Shown here one piece after another: positions 40,901-46,482 of a stretch of 64,000 nucleotides of DNA. The translations under genes were made by a program, and so were the position numbers. The notes below the pieces were generated by a model, which was given only the letters and a program-made list of their open reading frames with translations, was not told the origin of the DNA and did not search any database. The DNA is taken from the NCBI GenBank assembly GCA_023957235.1, contig JAMLHI010000009.1, positions 24,683 through 88,682 of the forward strand. The letters run 5' to 3'. This DNA is from Chitinophagales bacterium (GTDB lineage Bacteria > Bacteroidota > Bacteroidia > Chitinophagales > JADIYW01). Positions within the stretch are counted from its first letter, which is position 1; each line of letters begins with the position of its first letter.

Positions 40901-43745
40901 CATAGACTCTACTGCTATATTAGATGGATTCATCCTAACTCAAGGCTATTCAGAAGAAAATGGAGCTGCAATGTATAACCAATTGGCATCTCCTACTTTA
41001 AGAAACTTAGAATTTACTAATAATCATTCCGTTCAAAATGGAGGAGCTATATACAGCTTGCTATCTAGACTCAATATCTATAATAGTAAATTTTCAAATA
41101 ATACAGCAGATAATTATGGTGGAGCTATAGCCAATGAATATTTCTCAGAAACAAAAGTTTTCAATACTGTTTTCTCAAAAAATACTGCGCAGTTAGGAAG
41201 TGTTTTTTACACAAGCGATACTTCAAAAACAATACTTGTAAATAATACTTTAACAGAAAACATTTCTTCTCAAAATACTGGAGCAATATTCACGTTTGGA
41301 GGAGGTTCAATAATCCAAGTATATAATAGCATCTTATTTCATAATGGTAAAAATATTATAGATTCTTTAGGTGCTCAAACAATCATTTTGAATTCATTAG
41401 TAGAAGGCGGATTTACTGGAAATGGAAATATCGATACAGATCCTTTATTTACTGATGCTATGCAAAATGATTATTCTCTTCAAGAATCCAGCCCTGTCAT
41501 AAATTTAGGTGACAATAATAGCTATCAAAACCAAGGAGGAAATCTACAAAACGATAAAGATTTAGCATTACAATCACGTGTTTACAATTATGCTTCTTCT
41601 GGTATAATTGATATGGGTGCTTATGAATATCAAGGCAATCCTAAGTATCCTATTAGATATGTCAGACAAAATGCAACTGGTAGTGGAACTTCTTGGGGAA
41701 CAGCATCAGGCGATTTACAAGCTATGATAAACAGTTCAGCAGTACAACAGGTTTGGGTAGCTGAAGGCTCCTATTTTAGCACAGGGAATGGATTTATTCT
41801 TAAAAATGGAGTAAAAGTTTTAGGTGGATTTTCGAGTGAAGGAAGTCCAAAGCTAGAAGAAAGAAACCCATTCAATTACAATTCTACCTTATCAGGAAAT
41901 AATGAAAGGAGAGTCTTTTATAATAATTTTTCTCCAAGTGCAAAACTAACTAATTCAGCTGTATTAGATGGCTTTACCATTACTGAAGGCAATCTGAATG
42001 CTAATGGTGCAGGGATGTATAATGCTAATGCTGATCCTATCTTAAAAAACCTAAAATTCACCAACAATCATTCAGGCACTGCAAATGGAGGTGCTATATA
42101 TAATGCAGCTGCAAACCCATTGATAATCAATTGTCAATTCTATGAAAATTCATCCTTGAATAATGGTGGTGCTATTTGTAATGCATCAGGTTCAAAACCC
42201 AATATTATCAACTGTCTGTTTTACGAAAATACTGCTACGAATAATGGTGGAGCTATTTACGCAAATAACGCTTCATCTTATCATCTTATCAATAGTACTG
42301 TTTATAATAACACTGCTAATTCAGGGGGTGGTCTGCATCATGCTGGAAGTACTACACTCCCCTTAGTGAAAAACTCTATTATTTATGGCAATACACAACA
42401 AATTATTAATAGCAGTTCGGCAGTCACTACTGTAGATTACTCTCTAATTCAAGGTGGATATTCAGGCAACCATAATCTCCAAGAAAATCCAACTTTTGAA
42501 AATGTTAATGACAAAAATTTCAACTTATCTTTAGCTTCTCCTGCAATTAATGCCGCTGACAACTCAGCACTTCCCGATTCAATAATAAAAGATTTGAATG
42601 GAAATAATAGAATAGAGCAAGATTTATTAGATATCGGGGCTTTTGAAAACAGAGGCTTCGTGCTGGCTAACACTGCTAATGATACCATTGTTTCTAATCT
42701 TAGTTACCCAAATGAAGAGGGCTGGATTCACTATTACAAATCAGATGATTCTACTTTAGTACTCTCTCTCAATACTCAAAATCAATTTTTAGGCGAGGTA
42801 GAAATCAATTCAATTCTTAATAATAATTTCGGACAAAGCAGCATTGGTTTAATTATGCCTTATGGTCAAACAAAAAATATTTATCCTGCCAACAGAAGCT
42901 GGACTATTCATGCTTCTGAAAGTTTTTCTCAACCAGTAAAAGTAAGATTTTATATTTCAGACTTAGACAGTATAGATATCATGCAAGCAATGCCTTTCCA
43001 TTCTAAAGAACAATTGGTCCTATACAAAGTCAGTGGAAATTATGTTTGGGATACTTCTTCAAATGGTTATTTAGAATATACTTTAGACACTATTGCAGAC
43101 ACTTCAACTTATGTGTATGGGAGTTTCCAAGGTATTCAATATGTCGAATTCATGGTCAATTCTTTCAGTTCTGGAACGATAGCTATGACATTAGATGAAA
43201 GTATTCTTCCTCTCGATTTAATTTCATTTATTGCAGGAGCAGTCAATGACAAAACTCAATTGCAATGGAATACGGTCAACGAGGTCAATGTTTCCCACTT
43301 TGAAATAGAGAGGAGTTCGGATGGAATTCATTGGGAAATATTATCTAGTATAAATGCAACTAACGGGATTGCTCAACAATATACTGCTTGGGACAATGCT
43401 CCACATCAAGGAGACAACTATTATAGATTAAAAATGATAGATATTGATGGCTCCTTTAAATACAGTAAAATTGTCCAAGTATTCTTTGCAAATAATAGCC
43501 TAGCTCCTGATTTCTCAGTCTATCCCAATCCTAGTAAAGGAGATTTTACAATTACTGCAAAAGACATGACTACACCTACTGCAAAAATTCAAATCTTTGA
43601 TGAATTAGGAAGAATGATATTTAACCACCAAATTAAAGAGGGGAAAAACTCAATACATCTAGAGCATCTACCTAGTGGTACATATATATTAAATATCAAT
43701 AGTTCTTTGAATACTAATATCCAAAAAATAATTATAGAGAAATAA
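25920..43745 (+). CDS. Giant (5941 aa) T9SS-secreted protein: 14 tandem right-handed beta-helix / choice-of-anchor-Q-like modules, LPxxLxSF Ig/FN3-like domain, type-A CTD
   Basis: Signal peptide ending INA-Q; modules start YV(D/K)..G.G.(S/T)W..A and end (D/E)xG(A/V)(Y/F)E; GGAI/GGGI repeats; C-terminus ILPLDLISF...YYRLKMIDIDG, FSVYPNPSKG...LPSGTYILNI...KIIIEK. Confidence 0.9.
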   Translation: MKKNATNLNSLCHNITSVFHKRFHKIFFILSIMINLFIGHINAQSIIYVDSSKSSSGIGNSWSTAFKTLKEATILANNNSSIKEIRIAKGTYFSTTNTNRDSTFLISRGDIRLYGGYPNGGGTRNVSLYPTILSGDIGTLGTHTDNSYHVMVIAGLASGDDSVIIDGLKIRFGRADANNSVVYNGQSIPRSYGGGIAIKNNSNAYKISIRNTIISGNYASNNGAGINIEATISTFINCLFSGNYADYGGAAFNNSNSHTNYINCTFGGNHDNHSGGAMRNSSSNPVITNCIIYGNDGGISNNNSIPAITYSLVQGLTDISNGNLNGTSNPNFVSPVPAGTVNINGDYSLQLASTCINKGNNSVLNGVATDLAGNTRIYNSQVELGAYEFVFCTATAILYVDSSKSISGDGASWNTAFKTLAEAITRQSCSNIKEIHVAKGTYYPTGEQVNFNRDSTFLITRGDIKILGGYPSGGGTRNPSTYPTILSGDIGGSNNILDNSYHLMTISGIGNTEDSIIIDGFRFIHSNANGSGTKNFNGANIARNDGGGIIIWNALNTVKTQIRNCIFSSNRAEDAGGAIFIENSTPLLVNLLVSGNLANYGGGIALVSASHAKLINCTIAGNRCGSSGAGGAIRNSSSNPTIVNTIIYDNNSGISNNSSIPNISYSLVQSLTSIANGNLNGNLINPNFILPIDYAQTPNLLGDYRLQAGSACINKGNNTEVPSFITTDLEGNERINLGTVEMGAYEYVNCPNIEIVYVDSSVAFSGNGGTWANAYKTLSEALNLIHCYNIKEIRIAGGTYFPTGLQNGTNKDSTFLITRGGIKIIGGYPSGGGQRNPAINKTILSGDIGAKNNNTDNNYHIMIIAGITSGADSIIIDGLNFQWANANGSGSKVYNGQTIERNNGGGLVIWNVLNGEKVQVSNCVFSANRAADGGAGLYLTNSTPLIINSLFSGNLANFGGATVNYNQSHAKYINCTFAGNKAGDSGGAMRNSSSNPTLKNTIIFGNNSGVSNNSSVPLYYNSLVQGLTSTSNGNLNGNTSNPYFIFTIDASLAPTDEGDYRIQSLGEGINVGTNTAIPSNITTDLYGNTRIYGSTVDIGAFEVSCSSTISIYVDSAKTASGNGESWATAYKTMSEALAKAQFCSSIKNIYVAKGTYFPSSINNQDGTFLISRGGLKILGGYPSGGGVRNINTNKTILSGDIGTRELDTDNSYHIMIIAGLSSGTDSVILDGFQFVWGKAVGSGTRLYNTFNIPRNAGGGLVLWSNANGAKIQIRNCIFSANRADDIGGAFYSASSSASVVNCLFSGNLANYGGAMSNANSSNTRIINCTFSGNRAGQSGGAIRNSNSSPTLINSIIYGNNSAISNNSSTTNISYSLVQDFSGTASGNIDVSANLYGTINNPLFIYEINPNLAPTLEGNFKVNLISPVINTGSTVVENTSSSIDLAGNIRISDGTIDLGAYENFCDAPSTIYVDNSRSTSGNGYTWNQAFKNLTEALALAQSCNQVNTILIAEGTYYPNFQTDRTASFVISRGNIRLIGGYPSGGGERNLQTHPTILSGDIGVKDTHSDNSYHVLVIADLESSADSVIIDGVKIFWGRADGGGTKLINGQTILQNQGGGLVLFNNQNGSKVQIRNTEISGNYASDIGAGVFLQSLSNSAPSTSFYNCLIAGNHANYGGGVGNVSSSPTFVNTTIAGNRGGNTGGGMRNSNSYPILRNTIIYGNSNGISNVGSSTPIIEYSLIQGLTSTANNNLNGNTTSPNFKYLADANTAPTISGDYSVLLNSSIIDKGNNSLLPSFMNQDLNSNLRINNSTIDLGAYESGCEVSFNTLYVDSSQSISGDGSTWLKAYKTLNEALLLANSCTNIKNIFVAKGTYYPTDLSDRDATFLISRGDLRIYGGYSNGGVIRNIYANPTILSGDIGAINSNTDNSFHVMIAAGIGAEEDSLILDGLSVFWGNANGSGSKFFNNQSIPRNSAGGLTMWNNGNADKILIKNCIISGNKAEDAGGGIYNNSTSATYLNCLVTGNLADYGGGFANIQSSHVKLINNTIASNRSNNGSAMRNSNSNPEITNSLIYYNSNGTISNNGSSNPKISYSLIQDKFVETDSNINGNLDPKLVAPANYANAPTIGGQYTLLEGSSTLDKGDNFAYQTSGGSIAFNVDLANNIRVYDYNYEGRIEIGAYEFVIANSGNTDISVIRYVKPNGTGNGTSWANASGDLQEMINISNRNDQIWIATGKYYPNRRIQEIGTITPKNRDNAFLLKTGIAIYGGFAGFENILNDRDIELNPTILSGDFNNNDSISISQDSIVSISYKTENAYHVLVGANETQFSLHDLIIEGGNANGDGEVKVNNVNISRIVGGLFAGNGIQNITISNCTFQKGYANHTGGAIDIENGDNIKILDSDIKYNRANHGGGFTTRNTSQYNNYYIENTTILVNNANKDGGGVFCRSGNTKITNTIISGNTAMTGMGGGVYASRIEKGSDCKMTLTGCLVTGNVAATAGGGLRLAVYFFDKAFEEPEKTNINHLTSAVHSCTFSGNRAESGGGISLKEKGGLLEIQNSIIWENSSSIKAHNTDIFLTSSIIDGSFNGKNIFNRNPSFILAPSFSLAPFTGGDFRVQDCSYSINLGENSIVKILKDIDGNPRIYGENIDLGAYESPIKVPVKNYKYVKQGSTGDGSSWANASGDLQDIINKSDCNIDIYVAKGTYVPIRQANNPYSITTMNRDNAFVLKESINIYGGFAGTETDISQRDLSNPNNVSILSGDFLNNDSVSVDSNGVLNYTNNQENAYHVVVISNSNGIELNGFKIKGGNANNTNTNTINKIGVDRNSGGGIVVNSSTNIDIKNCTIEHNMASNAGGGMFYYASRNFNVLHSTIQKNKATYGGGIMTRNTVRSDSSKYENCNILSNNSIEEGGGIAIKSGTSYVINTKICGNQSLSSHGGGAYAYRAPHSEGVEAFFVNCQVTGNKAKGNGGGLRFAHHFDGGYGSDDVSWYAKFYLYNTTVAGNMATAGGGLDAYGRGSGATIEINNSIIWGNSSMISSDRCVVNTNYSILDNQWNGDYNQYESPLFKNDPSFATAPFTQGDYSIGQCSPAVNTGNNSYSIIPKFDIQGKSRYIGSIDKGAFEYQDGEILHGIKWYVKEGQSGDGTSWATASGDLQAIINNATCGDTILVAKGTYLPSRKADQLNVLSPNNRDNAFVLKSNISIYGGFIGNETNIAQRDLTDTLNYSILSGDFLGNDGLNPDANGLPNFTNNGENAYHILVLSNVTNIILDGFSISGGRATENNSLKVNKVNINRNRGAGLTINQAYNIQIDNCTFQNSHASDNGGAIYTEKSKITIKNTKAINNKADYGGALGLNDGNSVITNCIIEKNRAYQKGGGIYTTKNNLIIDSNTIISNQAQEGGALFANESVTTNLKYCKISGNRATDGGGGGIYNSSSSNLIALNSLITGNVSTKSGAAIRNNNTATIIGCTIAGNNSYDGAGGIRNENDKSQLVQNCIIYGNNLGVSGAGNYKYSLVQSGVTGNTIYTENPYFVNLPPYDTAPFTHGDFHTSGCWPVINNGSVDGISKFIFNKDFDGNPRIKNDIIDIGVYETETPSQKLYVKVGGAGNQSGSSWANAMGDLQQAINMVCTGDSIFIAEGKYFPNRKANALNIITLNDRNNSFVLKNNIKLFGGFKGTESSLSERVISGISGTTLSGDFTGNDSAYYDYNTNKITLLNNGENAFQVIIASGLENIILDGFLIQGGNTVGSSSSYNLKGNNINRNHGGGGQIIDNKNFTFNNLTFQRNRASSYGGGLAIRNSNGTMNNCEFLYNFSDYAGGLWVDNSTINIKDISLVSNTVSTDGGGLAIGTQSSLNITNLFSNSNYASQNGGGIKVNNSNVKCNTCNFAYNLAKNGSGGGVMNTTNANLNLSNTNIYNNTAGDDHGGGVWNGIESSLTISKGLIKNNIADNEGGGLYNYSNSTAYLKYVEITDNTAYRGGGIATSGNGTEQNSGTSLGSAVSYNGGYTSVTNSLIARNLARKDGGGIFNNFSSKTDIVNVTVTANTADNGGGIYNDAEKCPPIPNIGQYYKCSDDISTSIIKNSIVWGNIVTNNGVGIYEGVSNYSSKIENSFIEGNKNWSDGNINTAYITPEFKSFETGDYTLVGSSLCVNSGSNSYQSGNVDLLNQPRVAFTYIDMGAYEYQQEPNQENIRFVRQGATGDGTTWDRASGNIQAMINSPGVRQVWVAEGTYIPSGNGFILKNYVTIYGGFPNTGNPSLSSRNWDTYPTILSGNNINRVVYNNFTVNDSLNSTAILNGFIIKDGNTNGNGGGMYNNNASPKIENVTFVNNSATGGLGGGAVYNSASNPIFKNCIFKENITTANGGAMFNEQSNPLIINGLIFSNSATGGSAIAAINNSTYQLVNTTITKNISTAGDVIFNDGANTEAKIFNSIIYNNPDINNNFTPNIVNDQNGANTTAQHSLIQFGFQGIGVISSDPLFTNPNINDFSLQEMSPAINSGNNQSYTQTGQVLEADIDLKCQNRLMDSIIDIGAYEFKADIVPIRYVKVGGTGNGKSWSDASGNLQSMIDARGVEEVWVAAGIYTSPISGFRLKNNVKVYGAFPSTGNPEFSDRNIQLNTTILSGETTRRIFNNNFETTPELDNSAVLDGFTLKDGYSAENGAAMYNFNASPTLSNLIFTNNLTTSEGGALYNLQSNPIIEKCKFISNLATTKGGAICNITSEPIITNSLFIQNNSASGGAIFAANGSSYKITNSTFSQNTSPLGTLYHYGSATQPQIYNSIFYGNSSAIIEEDSSITIKVNNIIEGINSDSLNFDFDPMFVNPSLGDYTLQQGSSAINQGENSWIINDLEETEILKDLDLHPRIYDYSNGGIIDLGAYEYQGNTNFPIRYVKTDGKGNGSSWGNAAGSLQAMMNAKDVQQVWVAEGTYISENDGWLLKNNVTVLGGFPNSGNPQIEDRNWSQHPTVLSGNHQKRIFNHTGIITNNDSDSITINIIDSTAILDGFILTQGYSEENGAAMYNQLASPTLRNLEFTNNHSVQNGGAIYSLLSRLNIYNSKFSNNTADNYGGAIANEYFSETKVFNTVFSKNTAQLGSVFYTSDTSKTILVNNTLTENISSQNTGAIFTFGGGSIIQVYNSILFHNGKNIIDSLGAQTIILNSLVEGGFTGNGNIDTDPLFTDAMQNDYSLQESSPVINLGDNNSYQNQGGNLQNDKDLALQSRVYNYASSGIIDMGAYEYQGNPKYPIRYVRQNATGSGTSWGTASGDLQAMINSSAVQQVWVAEGSYFSTGNGFILKNGVKVLGGFSSEGSPKLEERNPFNYNSTLSGNNERRVFYNNFSPSAKLTNSAVLDGFTITEGNLNANGAGMYNANADPILKNLKFTNNHSGTANGGAIYNAAANPLIINCQFYENSSLNNGGAICNASGSKPNIINCLFYENTATNNGGAIYANNASSYHLINSTVYNNTANSGGGLHHAGSTTLPLVKNSIIYGNTQQIINSSSAVTTVDYSLIQGGYSGNHNLQENPTFENVNDKNFNLSLASPAINAADNSALPDSIIKDLNGNNRIEQDLLDIGAFENRGFVLANTANDTIVSNLSYPNEEGWIHYYKSDDSTLVLSLNTQNQFLGEVEINSILNNNFGQSSIGLIMPYGQTKNIYPANRSWTIHASESFSQPVKVRFYISDLDSIDIMQAMPFHSKEQLVLYKVSGNYVWDTSSNGYLEYTLDTIADTSTYVYGSFQGIQYVEFMVNSFSSGTIAMTLDESILPLDLISFIAGAVNDKTQLQWNTVNEVNVSHFEIERSSDGIHWEILSSINATNGIAQQYTAWDNAPHQGDNYYRLKMIDIDGSFKYSKIVQVFFANNSLAPDFSVYPNPSKGDFTITAKDMTTPTAKIQIFDELGRMIFNHQIKEGKNSIHLEHLPSGTYILNINSSLNTNIQKIIIEK
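26055..42650 (+). repeat. 14 protein-level tandem modules (~345-590 aa), diverged at DNA level
   Basis: Approximate module ends at 27083, 28157, 29225, 30302, 31376, 32465, 33881, 35288, 36695, 38465, 39524, 40556, 41627 and 42647. Confidence 0.9.
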
Positions 43746-43998
43746 GATTTAATAGACATTTTTTAGGCTATCCGCTATAATCCCTATTATCATTAGCTTT
43801 GAGGGCAATCAAAGGTGATGAATGAAAAAGTGATTTTACTATTGTAAAAGGATTTAGTAAGAAAAATAGTATTGTTAAAGGTGTTCAGTTAAACAATTGC
43901 ACTAATTAGCAAACAGTTTTTCAGCAATAATAGGCTATTTTAGTGTAAACCTATTTTAGGACAAGGCATTTTGTTTTTCAAAACAAGTTTTGTGTTAA

Positions 43999-44063
43999 AA
44001 GTCTCGCCCTTCGGGTAGTTGCAAAACAATAACTACAGCTTCTATATTTCAATTAGCCTTTCA
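43999..44063. repeat. Right copy of imperfect direct repeat (includes batE stop codon and last six codons)
   Basis: aagtctcgcccttcgggtagttgcaaaacaataactacagc-ttct-atatttcaattagcctttca; contains a gtagtt/aactac hairpin. Confidence 0.92.
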
Positions 44064-44770
44064 GAAGGCATCCAACCTTTCCTATTCAAACCTACATTTA
44101 CCTTGAGCCATCCATTCTTTTCATCTAACACTTCTATTTTTTGTCCGATAAACAAATCATAAGTTTCATCAGATAACAGTGCAGGTTGATTATACATCGC
44201 TGACTCCTCCTGTACAATTGCAAACTGTTGAACATGAAGAACTCTATATAGTTTTATGCTATTAAAAATAAGATAGACAGCAAGGATAAAAAGTAGCACA
44301 GAGCTAAAGAAATAAATTTTTCTATTCTGCTTTGACACCAATAAGAAGGTGACCGACAGCAAAATAATCCAAGCCCAAGTTGCCAAAACAGACAGAGAAT
44401 ACATATTTAATTCGCCTATCTTATTTCTCCAATGTCTATCACTTTCATCCGTAAGTGCCATTTTTTTTCTAAGAAAAATAAGGTTGGATTCAGTAGCAGA
44501 TTCATTAGGTGATAATTTCAATGCTTTTTCATAAAAAGCTATTGCCCTTGCATATTTTTTTAATTGTGTACATGTATTAGCATAATTAAAAAACAATTGA
44601 AAACTTAAATTTCCCTCTTGAACCAATCCATCAAATAGCCAATAAGCCTTATCGTAATCTTTTTGCTGATACTTTAAAACCGCCTGATTAAATAATGAAT
44701 CTTGCTCATTAGCTATTAGGCTATTGGCAGAGAACATCAACATAAAAAATATCAATAGATAATGTTTCAT
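44042..44770 (-). CDS. batE: BatE (TPR + SH3b domain protein)
   Basis: Signal peptide, TPR (FNYANTC...AIAFYEKALKLSP), TM pair, SH3b (GQKIEVLDEKNGWLKV...GWMP); last gene of the bat operon. Confidence 0.85.
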   Translation of the reverse strand: MKHYLLIFFMLMFSANSLIANEQDSLFNQAVLKYQQKDYDKAYWLFDGLVQEGNLSFQLFFNYANTCTQLKKYARAIAFYEKALKLSPNESATESNLIFLRKKMALTDESDRHWRNKIGELNMYSLSVLATWAWIILLSVTFLLVSKQNRKIYFFSSVLLFILAVYLIFNSIKLYRVLHVQQFAIVQEESAMYNQPALLSDETYDLFIGQKIEVLDEKNGWLKVNVGLNRKGWMPSERLIEI

Positions 44771-46482
44771 AGTTGTGCCTTTTGTTGGTTTTCAATATTA
44801 TCTAGACAACTCTCAGCAAGGCTTTTCAATTCTTTAATTGTGGAAAAACGCATAGGAGAATATGCTGCACTATCAAATGCTATAAGGATATATTTGGTTT
44901 TTTCACGAATCGTTTCATCCTTAATCCTCTCAAATATTTCTATATCTGATGAGTGTTCTACACCCAACAGATGTTTCAATCTTTTTCTAAAAGCTTCAGA
45001 TAAAATAGCAAACTGCCTTTGTTCAGGAAGCCCATCTATATTAGGCCATGAAAATAAAAGATTCTCTTTTAGGTCCATCTTATTAGCTAAATGCTTTCGC
45101 CATGCCAATAGACCAAGCAATGCAACAATAGGCACTCCTGAACCCATCGCAACATATAATAACAGAAGAGAAAAATTGGATGGAGGGGTCTTTTCTTTCA
45201 AATTTGAAATGAACTCTTGTTTCAAATCTTGATGATTATCACTAGTTATTCCTTCTGGTAAAACATTCAAAACTATTTGTTCCAAAGGCTGAGAAATATA
45301 CTTTTTCTGACTAGGGTCAAAATAAACAAACTCAGATGTTGGAATAATTAATTTCCCCTCCTTTTGAGGAACAATGGCGTAACTAAATTTTCTTTCTCCG
45401 CCATAGGTGTCTCCATTTTTTTGCGGAGTATCAGAAATATTTGGGGGATAGAACTCCACCGAATTGCCAGTTTCTTGAGGAATATTATCAATTGCTTTCA
45501 AATTGCCCCATCCCTTTATATCAATATCAATCGTAGTGGACTGTCCTTTTTGCAAAGTAGTATTTTGAATTGACCTTCGAGCATCAAATTGTCCAACAGC
45601 ACCGGAAAAATTTTGGGGTTGCTGATCCAAAGGCAATGGTAAAACATTTAATTTTAATTGATTTGAAGCAAAAGTTACCATTTTGGGTTGTGAGGAAGAA
45701 AAAAAAGTAGTACCAAAAAACGGGTCTTTTTCAGGTACCAAAATTACACCTCTCACTAACAATGGGTCAATCGTCTGCACTCCTGCCTGAGTAGCAAATA
45801 AAGCTACTTTTCTAAAAGCCTGAAAATAATATTTTTTCCCTTTATACTCCATTATCCCTTCAGTCTGATGACTAGGAATCTCCATTTCTTCTGATAAAAA
45901 GTTATTAAAGAGGGGCAGCTTTTCAACTTCCAAAGATTGATAGTCTATACGTCTCAATAATTTGTAAGTAATCATTAATTGCTCACCAACATATAATTGA
46001 TTTTTATTGGCTTCGGCAATTAGAAAAATGTTATCTCTCCAATTATCAGAGGCGGCATCTACTTGTTGCTGATTGTTTGAGAAAGGAGAATTTCCTTGTT
46101 GATTTGACATAGCACCATGATCTACAACCTTTATCTTAAAGGGAGAAGAATAAATAGTTTTGCCTTTATAATTAGCTTTTGCTCCACTAATTTCAAACTC
46201 TCCTTCCATTTCTGGGACGACAGTAATATTATAGGAAATACTTTTTGAAATTTTCCCATTCACTATGCTCACATTTGTTGATTGGCCAGACTGGTACACT
46301 TTAAATCCTTTTAAATCAGGAAGTTGAAAATCTTGAACATCTCCTTCCACAGAATACTCTACCAAAAAAGATTCACCCAAATTGATTTGATTTGCACTCA
46401 CTTGCACAGAAATACTTTGGGCAGAAAGTTGAGTACCCAATAGGGAGAAAAATATAATATGTAGCCAATATGTTATTTTCAT
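44767..46482 (-). CDS. batD: BatD (likely start ATG 46482, coupled to the batB/C stop)
   Basis: Signal peptide, Ig-like BatD repeats (SQSTNVSIVNG, GAVGQF, GWGNLK), C-terminal TM. Confidence 0.85.
   Translation of the reverse strand: MKITYWLHIIFFSLLGTQLSAQSISVQVSANQINLGESFLVEYSVEGDVQDFQLPDLKGFKVYQSGQSTNVSIVNGKISKSISYNITVVPEMEGEFEISGAKANYKGKTIYSSPFKIKVVDHGAMSNQQGNSPFSNNQQQVDAASDNWRDNIFLIAEANKNQLYVGEQLMITYKLLRRIDYQSLEVEKLPLFNNFLSEEMEIPSHQTEGIMEYKGKKYYFQAFRKVALFATQAGVQTIDPLLVRGVILVPEKDPFFGTTFFSSSQPKMVTFASNQLKLNVLPLPLDQQPQNFSGAVGQFDARRSIQNTTLQKGQSTTIDIDIKGWGNLKAIDNIPQETGNSVEFYPPNISDTPQKNGDTYGGERKFSYAIVPQKEGKLIIPTSEFVYFDPSQKKYISQPLEQIVLNVLPEGITSDNHQDLKQEFISNLKEKTPPSNFSLLLLYVAMGSGVPIVALLGLLAWRKHLANKMDLKENLLFSWPNIDGLPEQRQFAILSEAFRKRLKHLLGVEHSSDIEIFERIKDETIREKTKYILIAFDSAAYSPMRFSTIKELKSLAESCLDNIENQQKAQL

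Larger units (their letters stand above)
23944..43998. mobile_element. ~20-kb direct-repeat-bounded genomic island (IS remnant, AraC regulator, giant T9SS cargo)
   Basis: Flanked by the ~61-bp repeats; inserted between the convergent lipoprotein gene and batE; no intact mobility gene inside. Confidence 0.72.

Noticed and set aside
26317-42688. Many short antisense or alternate-frame ORFs inside the giant gene
   Set aside because: They are short, have no recognisable motifs, and are expected by chance over 17.8 kb.
25920-43745. Giant protein as an autotransporter, RTX, or Rhs/CDI toxin
   Set aside because: No C-terminal beta-barrel, GGxGxD nonapeptides, YD repeats or adjacent immunity gene; it ends in a T9SS type-A CTD.
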